Shown: positions 8,798 through 22,713 of the stretch, in pieces
How the letters are laid out: every line of letters starts with the position of its first letter
How positions within the stretch are numbered: position 1 is the first letter of the stretch
Source of the DNA: Thermoplasmata archaeon
GTDB taxonomy: Archaea > Thermoplasmatota > Thermoplasmata > Halarchaeoplasmatales > Halarchaeoplasmataceae
DNA length: 64,000 nucleotides
Assembly: GCA_003551675.1 (NCBI GenBank)
Contig: PUNG01000009.1
Span: forward strand, 937-64,936
Direction: 5' to 3'
Position numbers and translations under genes: made by a program
Notes under the pieces: generated by a model
Told to the model about the DNA's origin: nothing
Databases searched by the model: none
What the model saw: only the letters and a program-made list of their open reading frames with translations

Positions 8798-10756
8798 TCA
8801 CTGGTGGAAAAATCTTTTGCAAACGCCCGCCAGATCATCAGTTGAACGGTAGTTAAAATTTTCAGGTAGTTGTTCTTTATATCGTTTATAGTTGAACCTT
8901 TTGTCCATGAGCACGATCAGGGCTCGATCTTTTTTACTCCTTATGGGTCGGCCTGCAGCTTGTAACACGCTGTTCATAGCAGGATATATCCTGGCGTAAC
9001 TGTAACCCTTCTCCTTTCCAAATTTTTCCGCATAATAATCCTCCAAAGATTTGAGTTTTAATGTTGGAGGTGGGAAGGGTATACCCGCTATTATCACGGA
9101 AGAAAGTATGTTGTTCTTATAATCTATACCCTCTGAGAGACTGCCCCCTTGAACACCCAGTAGTAGTTTGTTATTACTCCTTTTAAGACTTTCAACCATC
9201 TCCTTTTTTTCTCTTTTCGAGTGAGTCCTCTCTTCTATCTTCATCTCTTTTTTTAGATGCACCATGCCCAATCTATCGACTATATGGTTCATGAGTGAGT
9301 AGGACGGGAAAAATACGGCAACGTTACCCTGCGTATTGTTGGCAACGTCCGCTATGGAATTCGCGTAGGCCTGATACATGTTCAAACCTCTTTCTTTGTA
9401 GGCGGTCGTAACGTGATCTACGCTCACGATCTTTCTGTTTTCTTTGGGAAAAGGTGTTTCGTATGTTTTGATATGGGTTTTTTTATCATTTATACCCAAA
9501 AGGTCGGCGTACATCTCACCAGGATGTAAGGTACCGCTCATCATCACGGCGCTGTTTATTTTGCTGAAAACTTCTTTGCTGTACTTTGCAGGGTCCAAAA
9601 GACCTATCTCTATGGTAGGTGGGTCAGGTTCTACCGAGCGGAATACTTCCTTTCCTTCCTCTCTCCATGTGTCCAAGAAAGAATAAACGTACATCGGTGC
9701 AGTTGCGGAAGGGTCTTTCTCTATTATGTCTCTAGCCACCATGCCGAGGTCTGCCAGCAGTTCATCTAATGATTCGAACTGGGTGAGTCCTCCCTTCAAA
9801 GCTTTTTCTATCTTTTCATCTAAAAATCGTTTATCTATCCTCTTTTTTTGTCTGACTTCTTCATCCAATTCAGTGCTCAACCGACTCATGAAACTGGCTA
9901 GTGGTGAAGAGTAACCCTGTATTAGGTTGAAAGCTTCATCTAATAATGCCTTTGAAAGTTTTTCTTCTAGATTCCCCCTTATCCTACCAGGAAGGTTGTG
10001 TGCTTCATCGACGATCAGTAGAACATCTTTCAGTTCTATCTCTAGAAGTTCGAAGATCCTGTCCCTTATATCGGAGAAGATGTAGTTATAATCGCAAACT
10101 ATCAGATCACTTTCTTTACCGGCCAGAAGAGCGGCTTTATGGGGACAAACATTGGCGGACCTGCAGAAGTCTACGATCTCCGAGACGTGTTTTGTATCGT
10201 TCCTCAAACTTTCAACCACTTTAGACATCTGTTTGTTGAATAGATTGCACTTGCTTTGCCCCTTCTCGCTACAGAATTCCTCGAAGACAGGATACGGCAG
10301 TTTTGATTCTTCTCTAGGACACATATGTTTCTTTGAGATCACGTCGGTAGCGTTCACTGAAGAGGGCATCTTCTTGACCGTCTCTATGGCTATACTGTGC
10401 TGGGATTGTTTACTGGTCAAGAAAAACACTTTTTGGTCTTTTGTTTTAGCTTTTACCGCAGGTGGAAGTACGGCGGCTGTTTTTCCTATACCTGTAGGAG
10501 CATGGGCGATCAGTATTTTCTTCTCTTCGAAAGCTGCAGTAGCGTCTTTTTTGAATTCCTTCTGACCTTCACGTATATTTTTAAAAGGGAAATAACGGTC
10601 TTCGGTGGGTATAGTCCCGTCGCCTTCCTGGTGTGAAAAACCGTCAGTCAGGCTGCTCTGCTCTCTCTCGCATCTAGGACAGTGTCTTTTTCCTTTTTCC
10701 GTACGAAGAAGCGTACCACACTCGTTACAAAAGGCGCCCATCACCACCTTCACCAA
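8798..10756 (-). CDS. XPD/Rad3-family (DinG-like) ATP-dependent helicase with N-terminal Zn-ribbon
   Basis: It has Walker A (APTGIGKT), DEAH (DEAHNL), an FeS-domain cysteine cluster (CPRE...C...C...C), and an N-terminal CNECG...CPRC ribbon. Confidence 0.75.
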   Translation of the reverse strand: MVKVVMGAFCNECGTLLRTEKGKRHCPRCEREQSSLTDGFSHQEGDGTIPTEDRYFPFKNIREGQKEFKKDATAAFEEKKILIAHAPTGIGKTAAVLPPAVKAKTKDQKVFFLTSKQSQHSIAIETVKKMPSSVNATDVISKKHMCPREESKLPYPVFEEFCSEKGQSKCNLFNKQMSKVVESLRNDTKHVSEIVDFCRSANVCPHKAALLAGKESDLIVCDYNYIFSDIRDRIFELLEIELKDVLLIVDEAHNLPGRIRGNLEEKLSKALLDEAFNLIQGYSSPLASFMSRLSTELDEEVRQKKRIDKRFLDEKIEKALKGGLTQFESLDELLADLGMVARDIIEKDPSATAPMYVYSFLDTWREEGKEVFRSVEPDPPTIEIGLLDPAKYSKEVFSKINSAVMMSGTLHPGEMYADLLGINDKKTHIKTYETPFPKENRKIVSVDHVTTAYKERGLNMYQAYANSIADVANNTQGNVAVFFPSYSLMNHIVDRLGMVHLKKEMKIEERTHSKREKKEMVESLKRSNNKLLLGVQGGSLSEGIDYKNNILSSVIIAGIPFPPPTLKLKSLEDYYAEKFGKEKGYSYARIYPAMNSVLQAAGRPIRSKKDRALIVLMDKRFNYKRYKEQLPENFNYRSTDDLAGVCKRFFHQ

Positions 10757-10887
10757 CGATCTCCCTATAACTTTTTCCCTTGGCCGTTGGATAGATCCTC
10801 TCAGGCGTGTAAGTAAAACAGAGATCCATAGTAAAGAAAACGCTTAAATATTGTTCACACACTGTAATATACAACGGAAGGGAAAAT

Positions 10888-13800
10888 ATGATAGGTTTGA
10901 AGAAGGTCCTATCGCTGTTGGTCGTATCCATTTTAGTCATGGGAGGATTGACTCTTTTTGGTGCGCGGACCGCCGGAGATGAAGAAGGGGACCTCATCGA
11001 TAGGGTCTCCGTTGGAGTAAAGTTAAATTTGGAATGTGGCGTGAGTGACGTTTATGAAGGCGAGCTTGATACGTTCCTGCATCCTATACCCGGGCCCGTT
11101 TACGATGATTTTCCGGAAAAATGGCGCATGGAATTAGGAACATGGGGCGCTGGAACATCTTACTCTAATTTGTTCATCAATCCGTCCCACGAGGGACATG
11201 GAACCCAGGCTATGGAGGACGCGATAGATGCTGGCTGGATAGAAGAACCGGAAGAGATCCAGTGGTTGGCGAACGACGTTGATGGAGAGTGGACCGTCAA
11301 CCCGTTCGCACACAACGATATCAGGTTCGCGATGCAGTATTTGAGCAGGGAAAATATAGCGGAAGAGCTGCTCAGAGGTTATGCAGATCCTAGATACTCG
11401 TTCATGGACGTTTCTTCAGAAGTTTGGCAGGACCATTTTGTTGAAGCCATAGAAGAAGAATACGAAATGTCGCCGGAAGGTAACGAAGAGCTGATGAAAC
11501 AGATGATAGAAGATGCCATGGTAGAGATCAAACAGAACGTTGCCTTCGGAGAGGTAAGGCACGACGGCGAGTATTGGCAGTATAGAGCACCAGAAGAAAA
11601 CTGGCGCGATATAGAGGTGAAACTAATCGGGAGAGTGGAGGATTGGAGGCTCGATCTAGCTTACTACATGGTCGATATCCTACAAGATCTTGGTTTCAAC
11701 GCTTGGGTGGATCCCACCGATTCTGCTACAGCTATCTCGTTAGTGTTTTTTGGTCATCCGGATCCGTACGACGATCTAGCTTACCATATATACACAGGAG
11801 GCTGGATCTCATCTCAAGCGAAGTACTACCAAGAAGCAGGAGCGGCACAGATGTACGCTCCGTGGCACGGTTTCACCCAGACTCACGTTGAAGAGGAGCG
11901 CTGGAACTACGACCAAGAGGGTTACACGGAGAGGGTTCAACGTTTAGATAATATCTCAAAAAGGCTCTTTCAGGGTGAAATCGGATCCGAGGAGGAGTAC
12001 TGGGAGAAAAAGATAGAGGCCACGCAGCTCGGTTTTGAAGAATCGCTAAGGGTATTTCTCCTGACCAAACAGTCGTTATATGTATACAACCCAGATACGC
12101 TACTCAGCACGGTCACAGAGTCGATCAACGGTTACGACACGTACTTCGGTCCCAGGACCATGAGGACCGACGATGGAACTCTTGAGACGGCTGTGTTGAC
12201 AGGAGTTGACAGACCTTACATGGACAACTGGAACAAGTATGGAGGTTCGGCGTATATTTACGGAGAGTATAAAAGAAGACAGATCAGAGAGTACGGTTCT
12301 TGGATGCATCCTCAGACAGGATTGCCCATGGAAGTCAACGTGTACTGGTCCGAAGGTAGAGATACAGACCCATACGAAAGGAGAGGCGACGTAGAGATGG
12401 ATTACGAATGGGTCGATGACGAACTCGTGGAGAACATAGAGATCCCAGAAGATGCCTTGGATTATGTGCCAGGGATTCAGGTAGAGGATGAGTGGGAAGA
12501 GGTTGGAGAGTGGTGGACCCGTGACGAATTGATAGCTGAAGGCTTGATAGAGGACGAGTACGCCGCAGTCAAAGCAACCTTAGACGTGCACGAAGAACAC
12601 GTATGGCACGACGGCACCGACTTCACACTACGGGACGTCATGGCCAACTACGCGAGAGAAAAGCGATTGACCTGTCCATCAAGCGAACCGTATCTATCGT
12701 CATGGGAGAAAAGAAGAGGTCCGTGGTATGATACCATCCATGCTATAGAGTGGGATGAACAGAATGGAACTTACACGGTTTATGGAGATTATACACTTCC
12801 CATAGAAGACAAGCTCGGCAGTTACTATGAGATCTTTCCCGAGGTGCACCCATTGACCTACGAAGGATGGGATCACATGCACGGAGGTACGGAAATATGG
12901 GAGATATCGGATGTGGAGGAAACGTACAACTATGAGGCTGGAGTTGCAGACAACTGGATACATCAGATATCACCAACACCGTGTGAAGATCTGGTAGAAG
13001 TTTTACAGACCATGATAGATGAAGAGTACCTACCGTGTTACCTTGATGAAGACAGAGGCGCTCCTATGCCGGCGAACTTTGCCGAAGTCAAAGCTACTTT
13101 AGAGAGCCTCATAGACTTCATAGAAGAGTACGAACATTCTTACATATCAGTGGGTCCGTTCTACATGGAAGAGTATGACACAAGCAACCAAACCATGGAT
13201 CTAGAAAGATGGGACGATTACGGTTACCCGTTCGAAGGTGAAGAGATAGGGGACATGGAATTTCCATACGGCTACTGGGCGGCTCAGTTCGAGGTGAAGG
13301 AGGTCAGATTAGATTCCATAGACGCTCCCGATCATGTTATGATAGGAGATGACTTCGAAGCGAGCGGGACAGGTCACTACGCACAGTTGTACCCTTTACC
13401 CGACAAAGAGCCGTTGACAGAGGACAATATGGAAGAGTACAGGTTCACACTGAGAGATGAATTCGATGGTGAAATATTGTTGGTGTTGGATGAGGACGAT
13501 ATAACTCTCACCAAAGGTGATACATACAGTACGTTCGAAGCTAAAATACCTACGGACGAGTTGGAATCAGAAGGTCATTACTCGATGCAGTTGGAAGTAC
13601 TCGGCGTTGGTGAATCGTCATTTAAAACGATAAACGCCATGGTTGTGGTGAACCATCCCGATGTAGATCTGAATGTTATCGATTTTTCCATGGACGAAGA
13701 AGTTGAACTCGGGGAAGAGGGTAATATCTGGGCAGAGATAGAGAACTTAGGTGCGGAAGATGATACTGTTAAGATAGCACTCATAGATGAATACGGAGAT

Positions 13801-15723
13801 GAAGAGATCATATACGAAGAAGAGGTACTAGCCCACGATACTATCACCATCGATCATCACCATACCTACGAAGATATGGGTGAGTTTAGTGTAGAGGTCT
13901 GGGACGCTGAAGACCGTTTTGTTGACGACTTTGGCACCGTAACTGTTCTAGAATATGAAATAGAAGTTTTAAAATTTGCAGTAAATCCATGCTCCGGAAC
14001 AGCACCGCTTAGAGTTTTCATCGAGATGTTTGCAGAGAACCACGGAACCACGACAGGAAAGATATCTTTAGAGGTGAACGGCGAAACAATAGAAACATTT
14101 GAAATTTCACCCGAGAGTATGATGTATGAAACCATGGTATATGAGATTGAAGAACCCGGAGATCATACCATCGCGTTCGGAGAAGAAGAACGAGAAGTAA
14201 CTGTTGTGGAGGACTACTTAGAACCCGTTGAATTGGTGGTTCCTGATGAGGTGCACCAAGGAGATACGGAGACCATACAAGTTACGGTAGATAGTCAAGT
14301 AGAGGAAACCACGGCTCATCTATTGGTTGGCGACGAAGAGTACGTAGAAAACATAGAGCGGGAAGGAGAAGTTACTTTTAGCGTTGATCACACATTTGAC
14401 GTACCAGGAGAGATAGATGTCGAGGTGTTAGACGAAGAGGAAACGAGATTGATGTATGATACGGTCACGGTCTTAGCACTGTACGAACTCGCTGTAAACG
14501 TAGAAGGAGAAGGACATGTAGAATGGGAACCAGAAGAAGAAAATTACGTAGAAGGAACCGAAGTGAAATTGACGGCACTACCAGAAGAAGGTTGGCACTT
14601 CATAGAATGGACGGGAGACCATGAGAGTACGGATGAACAGACCACCATAACCATGGACCAGGACTATGAGATAACAGCTCATTTTGAAGAACTCGGGACC
14701 TACGAGCTTACAGTAAACATCGAGGGCGAAGGCACTACAGATCCACCAGAAGGTACTCACATCTACAATGAGGGAGAGGTTGTAACGGTAGAAGCGGTAC
14801 CGGCGGATAACTGGACATTTGTGAATTGGACGGGAGACAAAACAGGTGATGAGACAACCATGAACATAACTATGGATAGCGATAAGGAAATCACGGCACA
14901 CTTTTCGAAAGAGGACCCTATCTTAGAAGAAGAATACATAGGTACGGACAAGGAGTGGTACGAACCTGGAGAGAACGTTACGATAGAAGTGAAAAACGAT
15001 GGTTCGGCCAGTAATATCCCCATGATATATGATTTCGGCATCTATATAGAGAACGTAGAAACCGGTGAAGTGGTGTACGGTCCTCTTGAAGGGATAACAC
15101 AGCCCGCAGTACCGGACTACGGCCGCACGGAGTATATCATATGGGATCAGACGGACCTTGAAGGTGAACAGGTTCCCGAAGGTACCTACAGGGTCAAAGC
15201 GGAGAGGGAATTCGAGCACACCACCGAATTTAACATCTCGGAAGAAAGCCCTCATATAGAATTATCGAACTTGAGAGCCGAACCTCAAGTGGTAAAAGCT
15301 GGAGAGGAAGTAGAAGTAAGAGTGGACGTTACCAACACAGGATATGAGACCGTAGAGTATTCAGTAGAGTTCTATATCTATGGGCCCTGTAGATGGAGTC
15401 TAAATGAATCCGTTTCGGTCACCGTAGAAGGAGGGGAGACCAAAACCGTCTTTTACAATTATACGACTGTAGACAAACCTGGTGAGCATTTTATCAACGT
15501 CATGGAGGATGACGAGATCAAGATATCTACATCGATCGAAGTGGAAGAGGATGAGAGCTTTTTGGACTCTCTGAGGACTAACTGGTGGTTGATGGTAATC
15601 GTTATCGTGATAGTAGCTGTCATATGGATTTATGTGAGCCATAAAAAGATCGAGACTGAAAAAGTGAATAAAAAGGTCCCAGTCCTCCAGAAAAAAGAAA
15701 GCGGTAAAGACGAAAAACAATAA
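10888..15723 (+). CDS. giant acidic cell-surface protein (SBP-family-5-like N-domain, tandem Listeria-Bacteroides/Flg_new repeats, C-terminal TM anchor)
   Basis: The 1611-aa product has an N-terminal signal/TM segment, extreme D/E content, a C-terminal WWLMVIVIVIVAVIWIYV helix and a KK-rich tail. It contains two tandem ~70-aa repeats ending ...W(T/F)V.WTGD...ITAHF. Confidence 0.7.
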   Translation: MIGLKKVLSLLVVSILVMGGLTLFGARTAGDEEGDLIDRVSVGVKLNLECGVSDVYEGELDTFLHPIPGPVYDDFPEKWRMELGTWGAGTSYSNLFINPSHEGHGTQAMEDAIDAGWIEEPEEIQWLANDVDGEWTVNPFAHNDIRFAMQYLSRENIAEELLRGYADPRYSFMDVSSEVWQDHFVEAIEEEYEMSPEGNEELMKQMIEDAMVEIKQNVAFGEVRHDGEYWQYRAPEENWRDIEVKLIGRVEDWRLDLAYYMVDILQDLGFNAWVDPTDSATAISLVFFGHPDPYDDLAYHIYTGGWISSQAKYYQEAGAAQMYAPWHGFTQTHVEEERWNYDQEGYTERVQRLDNISKRLFQGEIGSEEEYWEKKIEATQLGFEESLRVFLLTKQSLYVYNPDTLLSTVTESINGYDTYFGPRTMRTDDGTLETAVLTGVDRPYMDNWNKYGGSAYIYGEYKRRQIREYGSWMHPQTGLPMEVNVYWSEGRDTDPYERRGDVEMDYEWVDDELVENIEIPEDALDYVPGIQVEDEWEEVGEWWTRDELIAEGLIEDEYAAVKATLDVHEEHVWHDGTDFTLRDVMANYAREKRLTCPSSEPYLSSWEKRRGPWYDTIHAIEWDEQNGTYTVYGDYTLPIEDKLGSYYEIFPEVHPLTYEGWDHMHGGTEIWEISDVEETYNYEAGVADNWIHQISPTPCEDLVEVLQTMIDEEYLPCYLDEDRGAPMPANFAEVKATLESLIDFIEEYEHSYISVGPFYMEEYDTSNQTMDLERWDDYGYPFEGEEIGDMEFPYGYWAAQFEVKEVRLDSIDAPDHVMIGDDFEASGTGHYAQLYPLPDKEPLTEDNMEEYRFTLRDEFDGEILLVLDEDDITLTKGDTYSTFEAKIPTDELESEGHYSMQLEVLGVGESSFKTINAMVVVNHPDVDLNVIDFSMDEEVELGEEGNIWAEIENLGAEDDTVKIALIDEYGDEEIIYEEEVLAHDTITIDHHHTYEDMGEFSVEVWDAEDRFVDDFGTVTVLEYEIEVLKFAVNPCSGTAPLRVFIEMFAENHGTTTGKISLEVNGETIETFEISPESMMYETMVYEIEEPGDHTIAFGEEEREVTVVEDYLEPVELVVPDEVHQGDTETIQVTVDSQVEETTAHLLVGDEEYVENIEREGEVTFSVDHTFDVPGEIDVEVLDEEETRLMYDTVTVLALYELAVNVEGEGHVEWEPEEENYVEGTEVKLTALPEEGWHFIEWTGDHESTDEQTTITMDQDYEITAHFEELGTYELTVNIEGEGTTDPPEGTHIYNEGEVVTVEAVPADNWTFVNWTGDKTGDETTMNITMDSDKEITAHFSKEDPILEEEYIGTDKEWYEPGENVTIEVKNDGSASNIPMIYDFGIYIENVETGEVVYGPLEGITQPAVPDYGRTEYIIWDQTDLEGEQVPEGTYRVKAEREFEHTTEFNISEESPHIELSNLRAEPQVVKAGEEVEVRVDVTNTGYETVEYSVEFYIYGPCRWSLNESVSVTVEGGETKTVFYNYTTVDKPGEHFINVMEDDEIKISTSIEVEEDESFLDSLRTNWWLMVIVIVIVAVIWIYVSHKKIETEKVNKKVPVLQKKESGKDEKQ
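14482..14905 (+). repeat. two tandem Flg_new-like protein-coding repeats inside the giant surface gene
   Basis: YELAVNVEGEGHVEW...WHFIEWTGD...YEITAHF is followed by YELTVNIEGEGTTDP...WTFVNWTGD...KEITAHF. Confidence 0.6.
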
Positions 15724-15759
15724 ATAAACAGAGAATATACCAGATAGTGAGGTATAAAC

Positions 15760-15951
15760 ATGGAGTGCAGTAAAGAAGAAAACCTTGAAAAATGCAATTG
15801 TACGTATACAGGATGTCCGAGGAAGGGTATCTGCTGTGAATGTTTGGAGTATCATCTAGAAAAAGATCAACTTCCTGCGTGCGCCTTTCCCAAAGAGGCG
15901 GAGGCCACATACGATCGTTCTTTCGAAAAATTCATCGAGGTACACGGCTGA
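15760..15951 (+). CDS. small cysteine-rich protein (CxCxYxxCPRxGxCCxC family, function unknown)
   Basis: It has 9 Cys in 63 aa. Its stop overlaps the next start (TGATG), which points to translational coupling. Confidence 0.55.
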   Translation: MECSKEENLEKCNCTYTGCPRKGICCECLEYHLEKDQLPACAFPKEAEATYDRSFEKFIEVHG

Positions 15952-16583
15952 TGTCAAAAGTCAACATACATGAGGTTTTGGGTAGAGGTTACTCTTCCAA
16001 CGTTTTTTTTGTTGAATCGGAAAAGAACTTTCTTGTAGACGCTGGCATGGGCATATCGACTCAGATAGTGAACCAGGTCAGAAAGGTTTCCGAAGATATC
16101 CATAGGATAATACTGACACACCGCCACGTAGATCACGTTGGAGATGCAAAAAAACTTTCCCAAGATCTGAACGCTCCTTTATACGCTTCAGAAAAAGAAG
16201 CTGAAGCTTTGAGATCCGGTGATGATCGAACGGTGATGGGGAGTAATTTTGGCAGGAGGATACCTCCTCTAGAAGTCAACAAATTGGATGAAAGGGAGTA
16301 CTCTGGCTTCAAAGTATTAAAGACTCCTGGACATACGGAAGACAGCATCTGCCTTTACCATCCCGGAGAGAAGATACTTTTATCCGGCGACACGGTTTTC
16401 TCCCACGGAAGCGTTGGAAGGACGGACTTGCCCACGGGAAACAGTAAAGAATTACAGGGGTCCGTGGAAAGATTATCTCGTTTAGACGTAAATTCTCTTT
16501 ACCCTGGACACATGTCAGTTGTTAGGGAAGGAGCCCATGACCACATCCAAAGGGCATTGACCGGTCTGAAATTTCTACTCTGA
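15951..16583 (+). CDS. MBL-fold metallo-hydrolase
   Basis: It has the HxHxDH motif (THRHVDHVGD) and downstream His/Asp ligands. The start is at ATG 15951, because the upstream part of the track ORF is out-of-context extension. Confidence 0.7.
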   Translation: MSKVNIHEVLGRGYSSNVFFVESEKNFLVDAGMGISTQIVNQVRKVSEDIHRIILTHRHVDHVGDAKKLSQDLNAPLYASEKEAEALRSGDDRTVMGSNFGRRIPPLEVNKLDEREYSGFKVLKTPGHTEDSICLYHPGEKILLSGDTVFSHGSVGRTDLPTGNSKELQGSVERLSRLDVNSLYPGHMSVVREGAHDHIQRALTGLKFLL

Positions 16584-16596
16584 TAGATGGGATACT

Positions 16597-17214
16597 ATGT
16601 TAGAACTAAAGTGTAAGAAAAAGGAATGCGACGGGGATTGTTCTCCTCACTTCATATCTTCGGTGAGCGAGGTGTTGAGCGATCACGAGCTCATAGTATA
16701 TCCCACGGAGACTCTTTACGGGCTTGGAGCCGACCCATTCCATGAAGGCATGATTAAAAAGATCAGAGAAGTCAAAGAAGCACCGCCCCACAAGAAAATA
16801 TCCACAGCCTATCACAATCTAGAACATGCGTCGGAATTCGTAGACATACCTGATCCAGCTCGAAAACTCGGTGAAAAGTTCCTACCGGGACCTCTATGTA
16901 TAGTGGTGAAAACTCCAGAAGGTACCGAAGGTATCAGAGTTCCCGATCATCCGTTGACAAAAAAGATAATAGAAGATTTTGGTCCCATAACTTCCACAAG
17001 TGCCAACCTTCACGGGGGACCGGATCCTGTAGATGTGGAGACTTCAAAACTCCATCTGAGAGGAAAAGTCAAACTATACGTCAACTGCGGTCCTTGTAGA
17101 TATGGTATAGGGAGTACCGTTGTAAAGGTGGATGAAAAAGGATTTGATATACTCAGGGAAGGTTACATAACCAAAAAAGAGATCGGAGATGTGCTTGAAG
17201 TTGAACCCAGATGA
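16597..17214 (+). CDS. tsaC: L-threonylcarbamoyladenylate synthase (YrdC/Sua5 family)
   Basis: It contains the YPTETLYGLGAD motif. Confidence 0.7.
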   Translation: MLELKCKKKECDGDCSPHFISSVSEVLSDHELIVYPTETLYGLGADPFHEGMIKKIREVKEAPPHKKISTAYHNLEHASEFVDIPDPARKLGEKFLPGPLCIVVKTPEGTEGIRVPDHPLTKKIIEDFGPITSTSANLHGGPDPVDVETSKLHLRGKVKLYVNCGPCRYGIGSTVVKVDEKGFDILREGYITKKEIGDVLEVEPR

Positions 17215-18100
17215 GATCAAAAAGTATAGGAAAGCGGGGATAATCGCCCGGAGAGCTCTGAACAAGGCAAAAGAGGTCTGTGACCAAGGTGTACCTTATC
17301 TTAAAGTTGCTGAAGAGGCAGAAAGGACCATATACAAACACGGCGCAAAACCGGCATTCCCCATGAACATAAGCGTAAACTCAGTGGGTGCTCATTATAC
17401 TCCTATAGAAAACGATGAGAGCGAGTTCAAGAAAGGCGATCTAGTCAAACTAGACATAGGATGTCACGTAGATGGGTACATAGCGGATAACGCCCTTACT
17501 GTGGAGATAGGCACATCTCGGCATACTTCTCTGATAAAAGCGGCGGAAGAGGCCTTAGGTGTTGCGATAAGATCCATAAGACCGGGGATGAGGACCAAAG
17601 ATATCGGTAAGAATATAGAGAACGTTATAAACAGTAGGGGTTTTAACCCTATCTCCAATCTGACTGGCCACGAACTTAAACGGAACGTCCTACACGCCGG
17701 TACTTCGATACCCAACGTATCTAAGGGATGGACTAAGATAAAAAAAGGCATGGTGCTTGCCATCGAACCCTTCGCCACCGACGGAAAGGGTAAAGTCAAA
17801 GAAGGAGGTGCTGGAGACATATACAGATTGGAGGGGCAGCGTAACCTTAAAGGAGAAGATCTTGAATTCTATGAGTGGGCACAAAAGAACTTTGGTAGTC
17901 TGCCCTTCGCCGCAAGATGGTGTGGGAGATACGGTGAAGATCACAAGAGTTCCCTCAAACGTCTTCGCCGGTTCGGAGCGGTTATGAATTATCCTGTACT
18001 CGTGGAAAAGAAGAAAGGTTTGATCAGCCAGAGTGAACACACCGTGATCGTAACTTCCAAGGGCTGTAAGGTCACTACGAAACTATCGCAAAAAGATTAA
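17189..18100 (+). CDS. map: methionine aminopeptidase, type 2 (archaeal)
   Basis: It has the pita-bread fold motifs DIGCHVDGYIAD, HELK and EPFAT. It overlaps the tsaC end by 26 nt. Confidence 0.8.
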   Translation: MCLKLNPDEIKKYRKAGIIARRALNKAKEVCDQGVPYLKVAEEAERTIYKHGAKPAFPMNISVNSVGAHYTPIENDESEFKKGDLVKLDIGCHVDGYIADNALTVEIGTSRHTSLIKAAEEALGVAIRSIRPGMRTKDIGKNIENVINSRGFNPISNLTGHELKRNVLHAGTSIPNVSKGWTKIKKGMVLAIEPFATDGKGKVKEGGAGDIYRLEGQRNLKGEDLEFYEWAQKNFGSLPFAARWCGRYGEDHKSSLKRLRRFGAVMNYPVLVEKKKGLISQSEHTVIVTSKGCKVTTKLSQKD

Positions 18101-18125
18101 ATTATCCCGTTCTATTCATCTCTAC

Positions 18126-21879
<3,754 letters not shown>

Positions 21880-21907
21880 GGCAGGTAGTCTGTTGATCTG
21901 TTTCCGC

Positions 21908-22699
21908 TCACAGATTGGAATAGCTTCCTCCACCGTCTACGGGTATAGCGACACCATCGAGGTAACTCGATCTTTTGGAACACAAGAAGGCCACCACGTC
22001 ACCAAGTTCTGAAGGGGAACCGATCCTCTCCAAGGGTATGTCTTCGTTCCAAAAATCTAAACCTTCCTGGTATGAGTCGAATCGGCCTTCTTCAACGCCC
22101 ACGTTTATGAGTTCTCGTATCCTAGCGGTTTCATGGGGGCCCGGCAGTACCGCATTGGCTCTGATCTCAGGACCCAGCTCTTTAGACAATGTTTTCATCA
22201 ATCCGATCACGCTCATGCGGACAGAATTTGAAAGAACCAGACCCTCTATGGATTCTTTGACGCTTATAGAAGTTATATTCACAATGGTCCCTCCATCTCC
22301 CTGCTTTAAGTAGTCTACTGCTTCCATCACGACTCTCACCACGCTCATAACCAGAAGATCGAACGAAAGGTACCAATCATCATCTTTGGTCTCCATAAAA
22401 GTCATACTCGGAGGACCACCGGCGCAGGTGACTAGATGATCTATCCTTCCAAATTCTTCATAAGTTCTTTCCACCATATCCTCTATATCTTCTTTCTTGG
22501 TCAGGTCGCCGGGTTGGCCGATCACTTCACCGGGTCCAAGTCCTTTTAATTCATCTACGGCTTTCTCTAAACGAGTTTCATCTCTTCCGTTTATCATCAC
22601 ATGGACTCCTTCCCGGACCAACGCTTCCGCCGAAGCCTTACCAAGTCCACTGCTGGAAGCAGTGACAAGGGCCGCATTTCCATCTATCTCCAGATCCAT
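21908..22699 (-). CDS. short-chain dehydrogenase/reductase (SDR)
   Basis: It has the TASSSGLG Rossmann motif. The start is moved to the internal ATG, because the track extension runs through the tRNA-Arg. Confidence 0.7.
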   Translation of the reverse strand: MDLEIDGNAALVTASSSGLGKASAEALVREGVHVMINGRDETRLEKAVDELKGLGPGEVIGQPGDLTKKEDIEDMVERTYEEFGRIDHLVTCAGGPPSMTFMETKDDDWYLSFDLLVMSVVRVVMEAVDYLKQGDGGTIVNITSISVKESIEGLVLSNSVRMSVIGLMKTLSKELGPEIRANAVLPGPHETARIRELINVGVEEGRFDSYQEGLDFWNEDIPLERIGSPSELGDVVAFLCSKRSSYLDGVAIPVDGGGSYSNL

Positions 22700-22713
22700 T
22701 TTATTTTCCCTAG

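Noticed and set aside
11643-15255. About 12 short ORFs on both strands inside 10888-15723
   Set aside because: All are embedded in, or antisense to, the single 1611-aa surface-protein reading frame, which is continuous and has coherent domain structure.
15840-15950. N-terminal 37-aa extension of the MBL hydrolase ORF
   Set aside because: It overlaps the Cys-rich gene in another frame. The conserved MBL fold begins at the ATG at 15951, which overlaps the upstream stop (TGATG).
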